From NCBI GenBank assembly GCA_964016885.1, contig OZ024755.1, positions 12,834,001 through 12,898,000 on the forward strand: DNA of 64,000 bases, read 5' to 3'. The stretch is from Eledone cirrhosa. Lineage: Eukaryota. This document shows positions 42,528 to 54,616 of this stretch, piece by piece. The notes beneath the pieces were generated by a model. The model did no database searches. It saw nothing but the letters and a program-made list of their open reading frames with translations, and was not told the DNA's origin. Every line of letters begins with the position of its first letter. The stretch's first letter is position 1. The translations under genes were made by a program, and so were the position numbers.

Positions 42528-42939
42528 TATGTAGGTTATTTTGGATAAACCAAAGCAATACAATCTACGACAAGTGTGTGATATAGCCGGTTCTTCGGAA
42601 TTACAGATACAACTCATATATTGCCAGTTGGGTGGCCTGGAGTGACGTGGAGTAAAGTGTCTTGCTCCAGAGAACGCAACGCCACTGTTGTGAGTTGAAT
42701 ACCATAACCACTGATCCTCGTGCCTTCACAACTTTTCACATATACATCACGTAAATTCTATGTTCAATTGACAAAGTAGTTCTTAATCGCAGAAAAAAAA
42801 ATCAATTAACTTCGAACACCAGAAAGGAATTGATCCCTACCACGACTTTGGTAAGTTACATATGAGCCATGAACGGCAGAGGGTCTAAAACGTTCTCTTC
42901 CTCAACGAAGATCTCTCATGGCCACATAACACCCTTGTA

Positions 42940-43150
42940 GGCTGGCCGTTCTATGAGAGTATGTTTGCTCCAGACTCTCTTGAGGTAAAGCAAGGCTGTG
43001 TACTCGCTTCAATGCTGTTTACATTATTCTTGGTTGAAAATATGGCGATACTACTTGTGTAGATAATGAGCTGTTAAACCTAACCAGGTTAAGGTCTTCT
43101 GGGAATAAAGTGTTCTATGTATCCGTGAGCTCCTCTTTGCCTACTCTCTG
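42940..43150 (+). pseudogene. Decayed RTE/BovB-type LINE reverse transcriptase fragment
   Basis: 42982 onward reads EVKQGCVLASMLFTLFL (cf. GVKQGCVLAPTLF); 43127 reads ELLFA (cf. xLLFADD). Confidence 0.7.
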
Positions 43151-44294
43151 GAGTCTCGGTTGCTTCTATTCCGTACATATACAGATATAACTTTATCATA
43201 TGCTGCAGTTACTTAACGCACAACTTAAAATACTATATCTTAATTAGAGTTATCTCCCATGTAATCGGTTTTTACTCTGCGAGATATAGCAGCTAAATAT
43301 TCCCATTCTCTAAGTACACAGGTGAAATTTCCAGAGGATCTGAACTCATAACATAGAGTCAAAACACATACTGCTAAAGCATTTGTACGACGCTCTAACA
43401 ACTCTGTCAATCCACCATCCTTATGCAGATTTGAACCTTTCTTAAACATAATTGTTTCTACTTTCTTAAATATAATGATCAACAACTGCTGTTTTGAAAA
43501 TACCGGTGTAAAACTAACTGTGTCACCGGTGTAACGGTTTCACATTACCTCTGTTATATCTTAACACCTGGTAATTTGAAACTGTGTTCAAATTACTGGC
43601 ATGTAGCATAAAAATGATCTCAGATTACCCACCGAGAACAGCTTTAAGGTGATTTTATTCTACACTTTATGATTAAAAATATGTAAATAATAATAAATGG
43701 GTCCTTAATTTCTGGTGGGCCCTTAACTCCTGATGGGGTCGTGAGGATGCCGTCCTGACACAGTATTTCCTGGCTATTTTAAACCTGGCAGAACCCATAT
43801 TTTTCTATGTCAGAACACAGCCGATTTCTTTCAGAGAGAGAAATATAGGTGGTGAGAATCTATCCCAATACTGGATTGGTACCTTATTTATCCACCTCGT
43901 AAGGATGCTAGGCAAAGGTGACATCGATGGGATCTGAAATCAAACCGTGTGAACCAGAACAAATATCGAGGCATTTTTAATCCGATGTCCTTGATTCAGC
44001 TGACCAATTCTCTACCAATTCTCTGCCCTTGATTTCAGCTGACCCACTCAAATCAATTCCCAGTGCACCATTCATAAAAAGAAATCGCAAATCAGTTGAA
44101 ATAATTCACTTAAAAACTATATAAGAGTTGCCTCCCATGCAATTGTCTTTCAGCCTGCTAAAAATAGCAACCAAATTTTTCCCTTTCGCCATATTTTGAA
44201 ACATTGAAAGACACATTCGATTATGTAATCCTAGATACTCATATACATGCGGGGTGATCGTAGCTGGAATATCATTGATCATACATATGTAATA

Positions 44295-44475
44295 TCATCT
44301 TGTTTCGGTCGTCCCTCGACTGCACTCTGCCTTCCTGGAACCTCTTATACCAGCGGAAAAACAGTCGCCCGGCTCCTGGAAGTTGGTCCATTTCATAGGT
44401 TTTTGCAGCGCTTAACACAAAACTTTATTCCATATGGAGCCTCCAAGTTGTCCTCACGTCCCGACTGCATTGTAG
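44295..44475 (-). pseudogene. Mariner transposase N-terminal HTH remnant
   Basis: Minus strand reads ...YGIKFCVK... and, across a frameshift, SRATVF/RWYKRFQEGR...EGRP, typical of mariner HTH regions. Confidence 0.65.
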
Positions 44476-44775
44476 AACCACTCAGCTGTGACAAGCAGGT
44501 ATGACAGGTAACGTTTAAAGTGCATTATCAAATACATATTTATTTACACACAAACACTAACATACACACACACATGTATGTATGTTATCTCTTTCTCTTA
44601 ATTTCGAGTATATTTCTGACCGGCCACCTTCCTGGTGGCAAGGTTGTAAAAGAAAAGAAATTGTCATCCCTTGATGGAGAAGGGGGGAGAAAGGGGGGAG
44701 AAAGGGGGGAAGGGGGAGAAAGGGGAGAAAGGAGGGAGAAAGGGGGGAGAAGGGGGGAAGAGGAAAGAAGAAAGG

Positions 44776-44843
44776 GATAGATATATTTCTTTATTAGCCA
44801 CAGGGGCACAAAAGAAGGGGAAGTTTACATACAATAAGAAAGG

Positions 44844-44875
<32 letters not shown>

Positions 44876-45248
44876 TATTTCTTTATTAGCCACAGGGGCA
44901 CAAAAGAAGGGGACAAATACAAAGGGGGAAGTTTACATACAATAAAAACGTGTAAAATGTTATCACAGATGGAATTTAAAAGTTAGTCGATTTTCCCCAA
45001 TAGAGGGAGACAGTTTATATGGGTAACACAGACCCCCGAAAAAAATGTGCAACCCTCATCTCCAGGAGTACGAAGAGCTTGTACTCCTTTCCTCTCCTCC
45101 TCCTTTTCCTCAACCTACAGGCTGATATAGAGAGAAGGCCCATTCACTCGGGCCATTCTCGCCACTTTCACCCACCTTTCATAAAACTTGCTGGGGTACA
45201 GCACCTCTCTCTCCATCCTGATTCTTCTTCCAAAGTGGTATTTGAAAA

Positions 45249-45298
<50 letters not shown>

Positions 45299-45382
45299 TT
45301 CTTTATTAGCCACAGGGGCACAAAAGAAGGGGACAAATACAAAGGGGGAAGTTTACATACAATAAAAACGTGTAAAATGTTG
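44776..45382 (-). mobile_element. Three stacked 3' ends of a Tx1/L1-type LINE inside a (GATA)n microsatellite
   Basis: Minus strand ...GTGCCCCTGTGGCTAATAAAGAAA(T)ATCTATCT occurs three times. The longest piece encodes FFKYHFGRRIRMEREVLYPSKFYERWVKVARMARVNG, resembling an ORF2 C-terminus. Confidence 0.65.
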
Positions 45383-46037
45383 ATAGATAGATAGTGAAAG
45401 AAAGAAAGAGAAAAGGGAAAGAAAGAAAGAGAAAAGGGAAAGAAAGAAAGAAAAAGGGAAAGAAAGAAAGAAAAAGGAAAGAAAGAAAGAAAAAGGAAAG
45501 AAAGAGAAAAAAGGAAAGAGGGAAAGAGAGAAAGAAAGGAAGAACGAAAAAAGAAAGGAAGAACGAAAGAAAGGAAGAACGAAAGAAAGGAAGAACGAAA
45601 AAAAAGGAAAAAGAGAAAAATTAATTAGATTAATTTCAAATATAGAAAAAGAAGACAGCAAAAAATGGAAATCTGGAAAGAGGAGGGGGAGTGAATAGTC
45701 TTCTCTATCTCCCACTCCCCCTTTCTCTCTCTGACATTCATTCATTTCATAACTGTGGAGGGAGGAGTGGGGGTGAGTTTGAAAAACAAGATTGAATAAA
45801 CTATCTGGGTTTTCATTTCATGAAACTTGTTAAAACACATTTTAGAATTTTGAGATTAGTTTCTAGTTTGTCACCATAGAGACACAACAAGCCAATTGTA
45901 TTTGTGTGTATGTCGTCGAAACGTGACAGCAAGCCAGACGACACTTGTGTCAAGAGAGCACAACTTAAGAAAGAACTCTTTCATCGACATTAGCGTTCCA
46001 TGCCTCCGACCTTTCTACTAATCGCAATAAGTTAGCA

Positions 46038-46058
46038 ATGGCTGACGAAGCTAAGAAG
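46038..46058 (+). CDS. Putative first coding exon (MADEAKK) of the giant-exon gene
   Basis: GCAATGG start context, 7 codons, then a strong donor AAG|GTAGGT (phase 0). It follows ~250 bp of non-repetitive putative 5'UTR/promoter sequence. Confidence 0.6.
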
Positions 46059-46449
46059 GTAGGTTGTAATATCCCCTATGTGTGAATATATAATAAGCCA
46101 TGTGTAAGACTAAGAAAGTACGTCGTGTTATGTATGTATTATTGTATTATGTATTCCTTATATGAATGTATGTTTAATATGTCCTATATATATACCCATG
46201 TGTTATTGACAGACGTGAGCAATAAAATAAATAAATATATATATATATATATATTATATGTTAATGTTTTCTATACCTTTCATTTATATATATAATATAT
46301 ATATATTATATATATATATATTATATATATATATATAAATGAAAGGTATAGAAAACATTGCAGCGAAAAGCCAACAGTATTCCATAATATATATATATAT
46401 ATAAATGAAAGGTATAGAAAACATTGCAGCGAAAAGCCAACAGTATTCC

Positions 46450-46514
<65 letters not shown>

Positions 46515-47086
46515 GAAAAGAATGAAATGAAATTTCATTTCTCACTCTTAGTACGGCTGATACTTAAATGTAACTATGTATACGTACATACATATATGTA
46601 TACAGACGTACAGTAGTATGTATATATATACATACATGCACACACATATATATATGTACGTATGGATTCACCGAACATTTATTATAATGTTCGGTAAACC
46701 CATACATACATATATATACGATGACGATGAACGACAAGAGCTGAGAGCCGAACACATCGCCTCTGAAACTCAACGTCCTAGTTGAGGATCAAAATATGTA
46801 TTTTGATAATGATGGATCTTCCCTCAGTTTCAACGATGAACATTCAGTTGTTCGATCCGCTGAAGGTCCAGCTCCGAAATTAACGCGTGTGTGTGTGTGG
46901 CTGAGCATTCAAGACATATGTCTCCTCTTAACGTAGTTCCCAACCCGAATTAGTTTGACTCAATATGTGACAAAGTTTGACCTTTGAAATACAAGCACAA
47001 TCCATCAGACGGGCTTCTACACAGTCTCTGTCTGCCCAATTTCACTCGAATGGCTTGGGTTGACTCGAGGCTCTGTTAAATGGCAT

Positions 47087-47674
47087 TTCACCAGAAGTTA
47101 GGGGTACATACATACTTCTGATAAGTTCACCAAAAGTTAGGGGTACATACATACTTCTGATAAGTTCACCAAAAGTTAGGGGTACATACATACTTCTGAT
47201 AAGTTCACCAAAAGTTAGGGGTACATACATACTTCTGATAAGTTCACCAAAAGTTAGGGGTACATACATACTTCTGATAAGTTCACCAAAAGTTAGGGGT
47301 ACATACATACTTCTGATAAGTTCACCAAAAGTTAGGGGTACATACATACTTCTGATAAGTTCACCAAAAGTTAGGGGTACATACATACTTCTGATAAGTT
47401 CACCAAAAGTTAGGGGTACATACATACTTCTGATAAGTTCACCAAAAGTTAGGGATACATACATACTTCTGATAAGTTCACCAAAAGTTAGGGATACATA
47501 CATACTTCTGATAAGTTCACCAAAAGTTAGGGATACATACATACTTCTGATAAGTTCACCAAAAGTTAGGGGTACATACATACTTCTGATAAGTTCACCA
47601 AAAGTTAGGGGTACATACATACTTCTGATAAGTTCACCAAAAGTTAAGGGTACATACATACTTCTGATAAGTTC
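47087..47674. repeat. Minisatellite, 15 x 39 bp (TCACCAAAAGTTAGGGGTACATACATACTTCTGATAAGT)
   Basis: Near-perfect units; three adjacent units share a G>A variant. Confidence 0.95.
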
Positions 47675-47696
47675 CTTATTTTTGTCTTTTCTCTTA

Positions 47697-47872
47697 TTGG
47701 CAATATCGGTAGAGTGACTACGTTCTGAGTTCAAATCCCACCGAAATTAGCTGTGGCTTACATCCTTACGTGGCCGATAAAAAAACGTACCAGTAACACA
47801 CTGGGGTAGATTTTAATTGACTTCCCCTTCCCTTTAAATTGTTGTCCTTGTGCCAAAAGTAGAAACAATTGT
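47697..47872 (+). mobile_element. SINE family A copy (long-tail variant)
   Basis: TTGGCAATATCGGTAGAG...GAGTTCAAATCCC...GTGCCAAAAGTAGAAACAATT. Confidence 0.8.
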
Positions 47873-48106
47873 TATCATCACCATAATAATCATAACCATC
47901 GTCGTAGCCGTTGTTTGTGGTGGTGGCGGCGCTGCTGTTGCTGGTGTTGTTGCCATTCTTCTGCTTCTTCAACATATTTATAGAAGAACGTAGCTTATGT
48001 AAACAGATCTTTAATTGAGTCGTGTAAATCTTCACTGAGAAGTTCAGACCAGGTTAACCATGACGTCAAGATTAAAGTGTAACATTACATTGTACACCCG
48101 TTTGTT

Positions 48107-48148
<42 letters not shown>

Positions 48149-48153
<5 letters not shown>

Positions 48154-48454
48154 TTGACTTCTTGTTCTTTTTGGTAAATATCATCTTGGTTAAGAGAGTG
48201 GGACAGGCTTTGTGCAGTGCCTTTGCTCACTATAAAATCTTCACGGCACAGGCATTGCTTTATATCTGGAGATTTCTCTGCTCTTGTCGTCACATGGTAC
48301 CATGGGCCCAGCACTATGTGTCAGTAAGTGTCACAAGTGTAGTGTTTGTACCAGAGATTTCAAGTCGCTGGCTGGAGTAAAAAGTCACACTCGTTCAGCG
48401 CATCGGTAGGGAGTTCTCCTACATGGATATAAAGTAGTGGCCGTACTCGAAAAC
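48149..48454 (+). mobile_element. Third, further-truncated copy of the RTE-derived element
   Basis: Same sequence, starts after (TA)n. 3' end is fused to a minus-strand SINE A fragment. Confidence 0.75.
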
Positions 48455-48510
48455 TATGCTGCAACGCATGGCGTCCGACCCTGTGCCCAAGATAAATATA
48501 TATATATATA

Positions 48511-48693
48511 TGGCCGTGTAGGTAACACGGTAAAAACCTCCCAGTCCACACTGTAAACGTGGTTGGTGTTAGGAAGGGCATCCAGTCGTAGAAAACCTGC
48601 CAGACAGTACTATACGAGCAAGACAACCAATCTTGCCTCAAGTGGGACAATTCCCGTCTAAACCCATGCTAGACGTTAAACGATGATGATGAT
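48511..48693 (+). mobile_element. SINE/RTE-related element with (GAT)n tail, resembling octopus OK-type SINE 3' part
   Basis: GGTTGGTGTTAGGAAGGGCATCCAGTCGTAGAAAAC ... GACGTTAAACGATGATGATGAT. Confidence 0.55.
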
Positions 48694-49629
48694 ATATATA
48701 TGTATACACACACATGTATGTGGTTGACGGTTCAGAGAAAGGAGTACTCAGTCCTGTAATAGAGTTTTAATATTCAATATTCTTGTTCTTATCTGATATA
48801 TATATATATATATATATATAATACAAACGTGGTATATTCAAAGATTGAGGACGACATCACAATATGGCGGAGTGTTTGGTGTTAAACCCAACGAAACTTA
48901 AGTATCTGCGTATATATAATAACTCTTAAGTGTATAAATATATATATGTATATATATATATACATAAAACTTTGCATCTTCGAAATATATATAAATCATT
49001 CGTTTATTACTATTATATATATCGAACCTTGAGTTGATCAATAACGAAACGCGCGTCACAATAAACGTAATGAGGGGTTAATAAATCGTCCTTGTATTAT
49101 CAGAGAGAGAGAGAGAGAACAAGGTACGCTGGTTGCTTTTGTTGATCTGGAGTGTGGTTTTAAAAATATATCAATTTTTATCCTGCCTAGATTATCTCTA
49201 TTTAAATAAGATTTTATAGAAAGCACACTTAAATAAATAGGATTAACCTGAACATATCTAAAACTAGCTGCCTTTAAAATACAGAAAGTTTTGTCAATTG
49301 AGGTAGCACGCGACACGAACAAATTTGGAAAATATATCCTTGTAAATTCAAAGGGCCATCTTGTCAGACACTGAATCTCCCTGAGAATTACGTTACGGCT
49401 ACGCGTATCAGTAGAATACTCAGCCATTTACATGTAAATTTCACGACGAGGCTGTTCCGTTGATTGAATAACTGGAACACTCGTCGTCGAAACTGACGAA
49501 GGTCCATTCTATTCCTGTCAACCTTTTTATTAGATTTCACACCGTGTAAAAACTAATTGTCACGTTGAATTTTTTTCTGTAAATTAATTCTTTATTTGTT
49601 CCTTCCTGTCATACCCTTAATGGTTACAG

Positions 49630-49702
49630 ATGGAATCTTCCAAGACAGCTTCCAATGAAGATGGGAAACGTCAATCTGAACACGGGACCAACTCCAATTT
49701 TG
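49630..49702 (+). CDS. Putative second coding exon (MESSKTASNEDGKRQSEHGTNSNF+G)
   Basis: Pyrimidine-rich tract then TTACAG| acceptor, open phase-0 frame, donor G|GTAAGA (phase 1). Phases fit both the 46038 exon and the 56444 exon. Confidence 0.65.
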
Positions 49703-50184
49703 GTAAGATCAATCCATTCTTATTAAAAAAAAAAGAAGGCATACCATATTTTTCGGTGTATAAAACGCGGGGTTTTTTTCACAAATAAATTAGACATCAA
49801 AAACTGCCTGCGTCTTATACGTCGAAGAGATGAATATAATAATAATAATAATAGTAATGTGTATACTATTTACAAGACATATATAAGCATAGCTGTATAT
49901 TAACTTTACTGTCAAACTTTTTTCAGATAAATTATGTCCTTTTTCCCCCGAACTATTAGTGAACTAATCCATTTTAGTGCTAAATGTCAATCTGAGCACG
50001 TGACCATTTTTTGTTATTTATAATATATATATATATATATATATACATATATACATATATATATATACATACATACATATATATTCTTCCAGTTACTGTC
50101 AATGTTTTGGTGTTAGTTTAGCGTACGATCTATCGTAGTATTTAGAGAGAGAGAGAGAGAGAGAGAGCGTGCGTGCGCGTGTTG

Positions 50185-50495
50185 GACCTCAGTCGCTTCT
50201 GACGATGGTTGTTCCAGTTGATTCAACCAGTAGAATAGCCTGCTTGTGACATTAAGGTGCAAATGGTTGAACATTCCACGAATATATGAGTAGCCTTACT
50301 GTAGTTCTCAGGAAGATTCAGCGTGACACAGGGTGTGACAAGGATGGCCCTTTGAATTAAAGTTATAACTAATTTATTCCAGGTAAGTTGTCTGGAGTAA
50401 CGTGAAATAAAGTGTCTTGCTCAAGAACACAACTCACCGCCAGCATACGATTGTGAGTTGAACACCGTAACCACTAAGCCACCTAACGCCTTCAC
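50185..50495 (-). mobile_element. SINE family B copy
   Basis: Reverse complement of the 55160-55475 family. Other copies at about 20495-20610, 21580-21885, 30050-30350, 34660-34930, 42570-42730 and 49335-49505. Confidence 0.8.
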
Positions 50496-50689
50496 AGTGT
50501 CCGTAATCTATTTCTACTGAAAGCTCAGCTTATTTATTTTATTTTAGCAGAGAGACCGACACACGGTAATTTTGACAACTGTAAACGAAAGATATGATCA
50601 ACGTGCAAATGTCGGTAACACCTCTTTGATGTGACGTTTTTATATGTTTTACACACACACCCGTCAATAGCCAGGTAGATCACACATTG

Positions 50690-51080
50690 AACACCAACTA
50701 AACCACACACTACAGTGTAAATGACTAGGTGGAACACTCACTGAGCTGTAAATGACTAGGTAGACCATACGGTCTGCTGTAAATGACTAGGCAGAGAGCA
50801 TATTAGACTGTAAATGATCTGGCAAAAATACACGCTGAAATGTAAAAGTTCAAGTAAACCGCATGCTGAACTGTAAATAGCCAGGTGGACACTGAACAGT
50901 AAATTGCCAGGTAGACCACACACTGAGCTGTAAATGACCAGGTAGACCACACACTGAACTGTAAATGACCAAGTAGATCACATACTGAGCGGTAAATGAC
51001 CAAGTAGATCACATACTGAGCTGTAAATGACCAGGTAGACGACACACTGAACTGTATATGACCAAGTAGATCACACACTA
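50690..51080. repeat. ~32-bp minisatellite (CTGTAAATGACCAGGTAGACCACACACTGAG)
   Basis: About 12 imperfect units. Confidence 0.85.
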
Positions 51081-52409
51081 AATGGCACCATATTTTTCTA
51101 ATACACTATGTACCTGTTTTCTTTTCTATTTTTTATTGGTGGACTGGGCCATTTTAGTGTTAAAGGTTGTGAAAGCGCTTGACTAAGTGGTTAGGGTGTT
51201 CGACTCACGAACGTAAAGTTGTGAGTTCGATTCTTGGACAGGGTAGCGCCATCTGTTCTTGAGCAAAAAAAAATCTATTTCACTTTGCTCTGTGTGAACC
51301 TGTAATTCAAACGGCCACCCTTGTTACATACCATGTCACGTTGTCAAAAGAAGTTAAAGGCCGATTCAGCTTGGCGACAGTCACAACTCACTTTCTGAAG
51401 CTGAGTAAACTGGAACAACGTGAAATGAAGTGTCTTGCTCAAGGACTCAACGCATCATCCGGTCCAGAAATCAAACTCACAACTTGATGAGCATGAGCCC
51501 AACACTAACCACTAATCCCTTGTTCAGTTTAACATCCTCATCGTACCCCTGGGTGGTAGGCTCAATTTCTCGCCTGGGTGACTGACTCAATATGATACCT
51601 GATTTAACACCAACATCTGGCCCCTGAGTGGTAGTTTTGATATGTCACCCAGTTTAGTACCACCACCTGGTTCTTGAGAGGGTGAGGTAATATGTTACCC
51701 AATTTAGCACCACTGCCTGACCCTTGCGTGCCTTTAGCATAATCCAATCTGTTTGATACCATCACATAGCCTTTGGGTGCCATGAGCAGAGTCTACTGTT
51801 TAACACCATCTGGTCCTTGGGTACCTTTACCAGAGTCCACTCTATGGTAAGCTTTTGGATCAGGTCTCCAGCCCTAACCTTAACCTTCCTCCTTCACTCT
51901 CTTTCCACCAGTCTTGGTGACCCTGAAGAGAGTCATGGGCACTGCTCGGGGGAGGGGGGTTAAGAGGGCTGTTCCGTTGATTGAAACGACTGGAACAGTC
52001 AGCGTCGGAACCGACAGAGGTCGATCACACACACATACATACGCATATACAGACACAAACACACATACACTAAAATTAAATCCTGTTCTATTCTCGAGTT
52101 TTCTTTGTTTCTTTTTGTGTGTGTTGTTGTTTTTTTCGTTTAAAGCTACTCTTATCAAATATCAACAGAAAAAAAAACTATATATAAATTTATAAAAAGA
52201 CTTTTTCCTGTATAGAGGGATATATTTAGCGAAAACTTCATTGTTTTACTAAAAATTCTCCTTTATATGTCGGAAGAAGTCCATTATCCGATAACTGGAC
52301 AGTTAATCTGCTTAGTGTTTTCTTCAAAGCAAACCAATTCATCAAAAACGTTTTGTAACCTTTTTACAAAACTTAATCTTTCCACCATTTTGTTTTCTTT
52401 TGTTCTCAG

Positions 52410-52466
52410 ATGAAGAGAGAAAACAGACGATAACAATACAATGTCATTTGTTGTTTTTGTCTTTTG
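52410..52466 (+). CDS. Possible symmetric (phase 1-1) 57-nt cassette exon, DEERKQTITIQCHLLFLSF
   Basis: Strong acceptor TTTGTTTTCTTTTGTTCTCAG|, frame-preserving length, but a weak donor G|GTATTT. Confidence 0.25.
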
Positions 52467-52515
52467 GTATTTTATTTATTTAGTTTATATGAAGCTCATG
52501 GCCTAGTGGTTTGGG

Positions 52516-53240
52516 CAGCGGTTCCAAAACTTTCTTTACACATAGTGCACTTTAGAACAAGTAAAAAATAATTTGGCATACTTTGTAACTAAATTCGAAA
52601 ATGTTTAATTATCTATATTTCTACTTTATGCTATGCTAGTATGTAATAAGTTGGGACTCTTTGTAATTAAATTCGAAAATTTATTCAAAAGATTTATAGT
52701 GGTAAGAAACTCTCAGGAGAGATGGACAGCAGAAGGTCTTCAGAGAAGTACCCAACTCCCTCAAGCAAAAGTGTTTCGGCCATTAACTTCGGAAACAATT
52801 GCTTGAGAGAGGTTTCTTCTCTGAAGACCTTCTGCTGTCCAGTTCTCCTGGGAGATTCTTACCACTATAAATATTTTGAATAAATGTTCGAATTTAATTA
52901 CAAAGAGTGCCAACTTATTACATACTAGCATAGCATAAAGTAGAAATATAGATAATTAAAAATACAGAAGTACGATGTGTACTTACTTCCCTTTTAAGTC
53001 GATAAATGGAGCAAAGTTATTGAGAACAATGAGCTTGCTTTGTTTGTATTTCCTTTTTGGGGGTGTGATGGTATGGCAATGTTTTCATTCTTACTTTAGT
53101 TGTTTCCCACTTTGACAGTTTTATATATGAACTTTATCATGAATTTCAATTTGTTTTGGTTTTTTTCACATTTTGAAATATAATTTTTTTTTTTTTTCGC
53201 GTCACACAAGTGCTCCGAAGCACAGTTAGGAAACCACTTG
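52516..53240. mobile_element. hAT (Charlie-like) non-autonomous element inserted in a SINE B head
   Basis: Ends CAGCGGTTCCAAAACT ... AGTTAGGAAACCACTTG. The SINE head GGCCTAGTGGT resumes after 53240. Confidence 0.55.
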
Positions 53241-53572
53241 GTAAGAGTTTTAGACTCACAACCATAAGGTCTTGGGCTCGATTCCTAAACCGAACAACGC
53301 GTGGAGTTCTCAAGCAAGGCTATACGCTTCACACGACTTTCATTATCAACACCTCGTATGCGGTCAGCTAAGGCATGAGTTTTAAATTTACATTATATAT
53401 ATATATATATATTGGGGAAAATTTTCTTTTCCTTTTACTAATATATTATATATAAAAAAGATACCGTTTTTTACAAAAACAATATAAAAAGTTGGAAACA
53501 TAGGTGAAGTTAAAACAGCTCAAAATACAGTAATTTATTATAATAAACAGTACAAAAGGCTATGTTTAATAG

Positions 53573-54616
53573 CAGAATTGAAAACTATGGAAAGCCAAAG
53601 GGGGGTAGAATTGAAAACTATGGAAGGCCGAAGGGGGCAGAATTGAAAACTATGGAAGGCCGAAGGGAGCAGAATTGAAAACTATGGAAGGCCGAAGGGA
53701 GCAGAATTGAAAACTATGGAAGGCCAAAGGGGGCAGATTTGAAAACTATGGAAGGCCAAAGGGGGCAGAATTGAAAACTATGGAAGGCCAAAGGGAGCAG
53801 AATTGGAAACTATGGTAGTCCGAAGGGAGCAGAATTGAAAACTATGGTAGACCAAAGGGAGCAGAAAAAACTTTAAATAAAACTCTGGTAGACCAAAGGG
53901 AGCAGAAAAAAAACTAAATAAAACTATGGTAGACCAAAGGAGCAGAAAAAAAACTAAATAAATTCTGCCCCCTTCGGCCTTCCATAGTTTTCAATTCTGC
54001 TCCCTTCAGCCTACCATAGTTTTATTTAAAGATTTTTCTGTTCCCTTCGGCCTACCATAGTTTTATTTAAAGTTTTTTTATTTGATAACGTAATTCGGTT
54101 TAACGGAGCGTGATATATTCTTGATAGTTTTTATAGAGATATGTTTTATAGAGATATGTTCTCGAAAAACGACGGAAAATCGACGGAAGATAGACTGATA
54201 TTCGACGGAAAATCGACGGGAACTAAACGGAACTAGACGGAAATTCGACGGAAAAAAATTTAAATAAATCTCTGGTAGCTTTAAATAAAACTATGGTAGA
54301 CCAAAGGGAACAGAAAAACTTACATAAAACTATGGTAAGCCAAAGGGGGCAGAATTGAAAACTATGGAAGGCCAAAGAGGGCAGAATTGAAAACTATGGA
54401 AGGCCAAAGGGGGCAGAAAAAACTTTAAATAAAACTATGGTAGACCAAAGGGAGCAGAAAATAAAACTTTAAATAAAACTATGATAGACCAAAGGGAGCA
54501 GAAAATAAAACTTTAAATAAAACTATGGTAGACCAAAGGGAGCAGAAAATAAAACTATGGTAGACCAAAGGGAGCAGAAAATAAAACTATGGTAGACCAA
54601 AGGGAGCAGAAAATAA

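Noticed and set aside
47042-47734. 230-aa minus-strand ORF of ELIRSMYVPLTFG repeats, also a CRISPR look-alike
   Set aside because: Head-to-tail 39-bp VNTR with no spacers; it starts in a SINE and is antisense within an intron.
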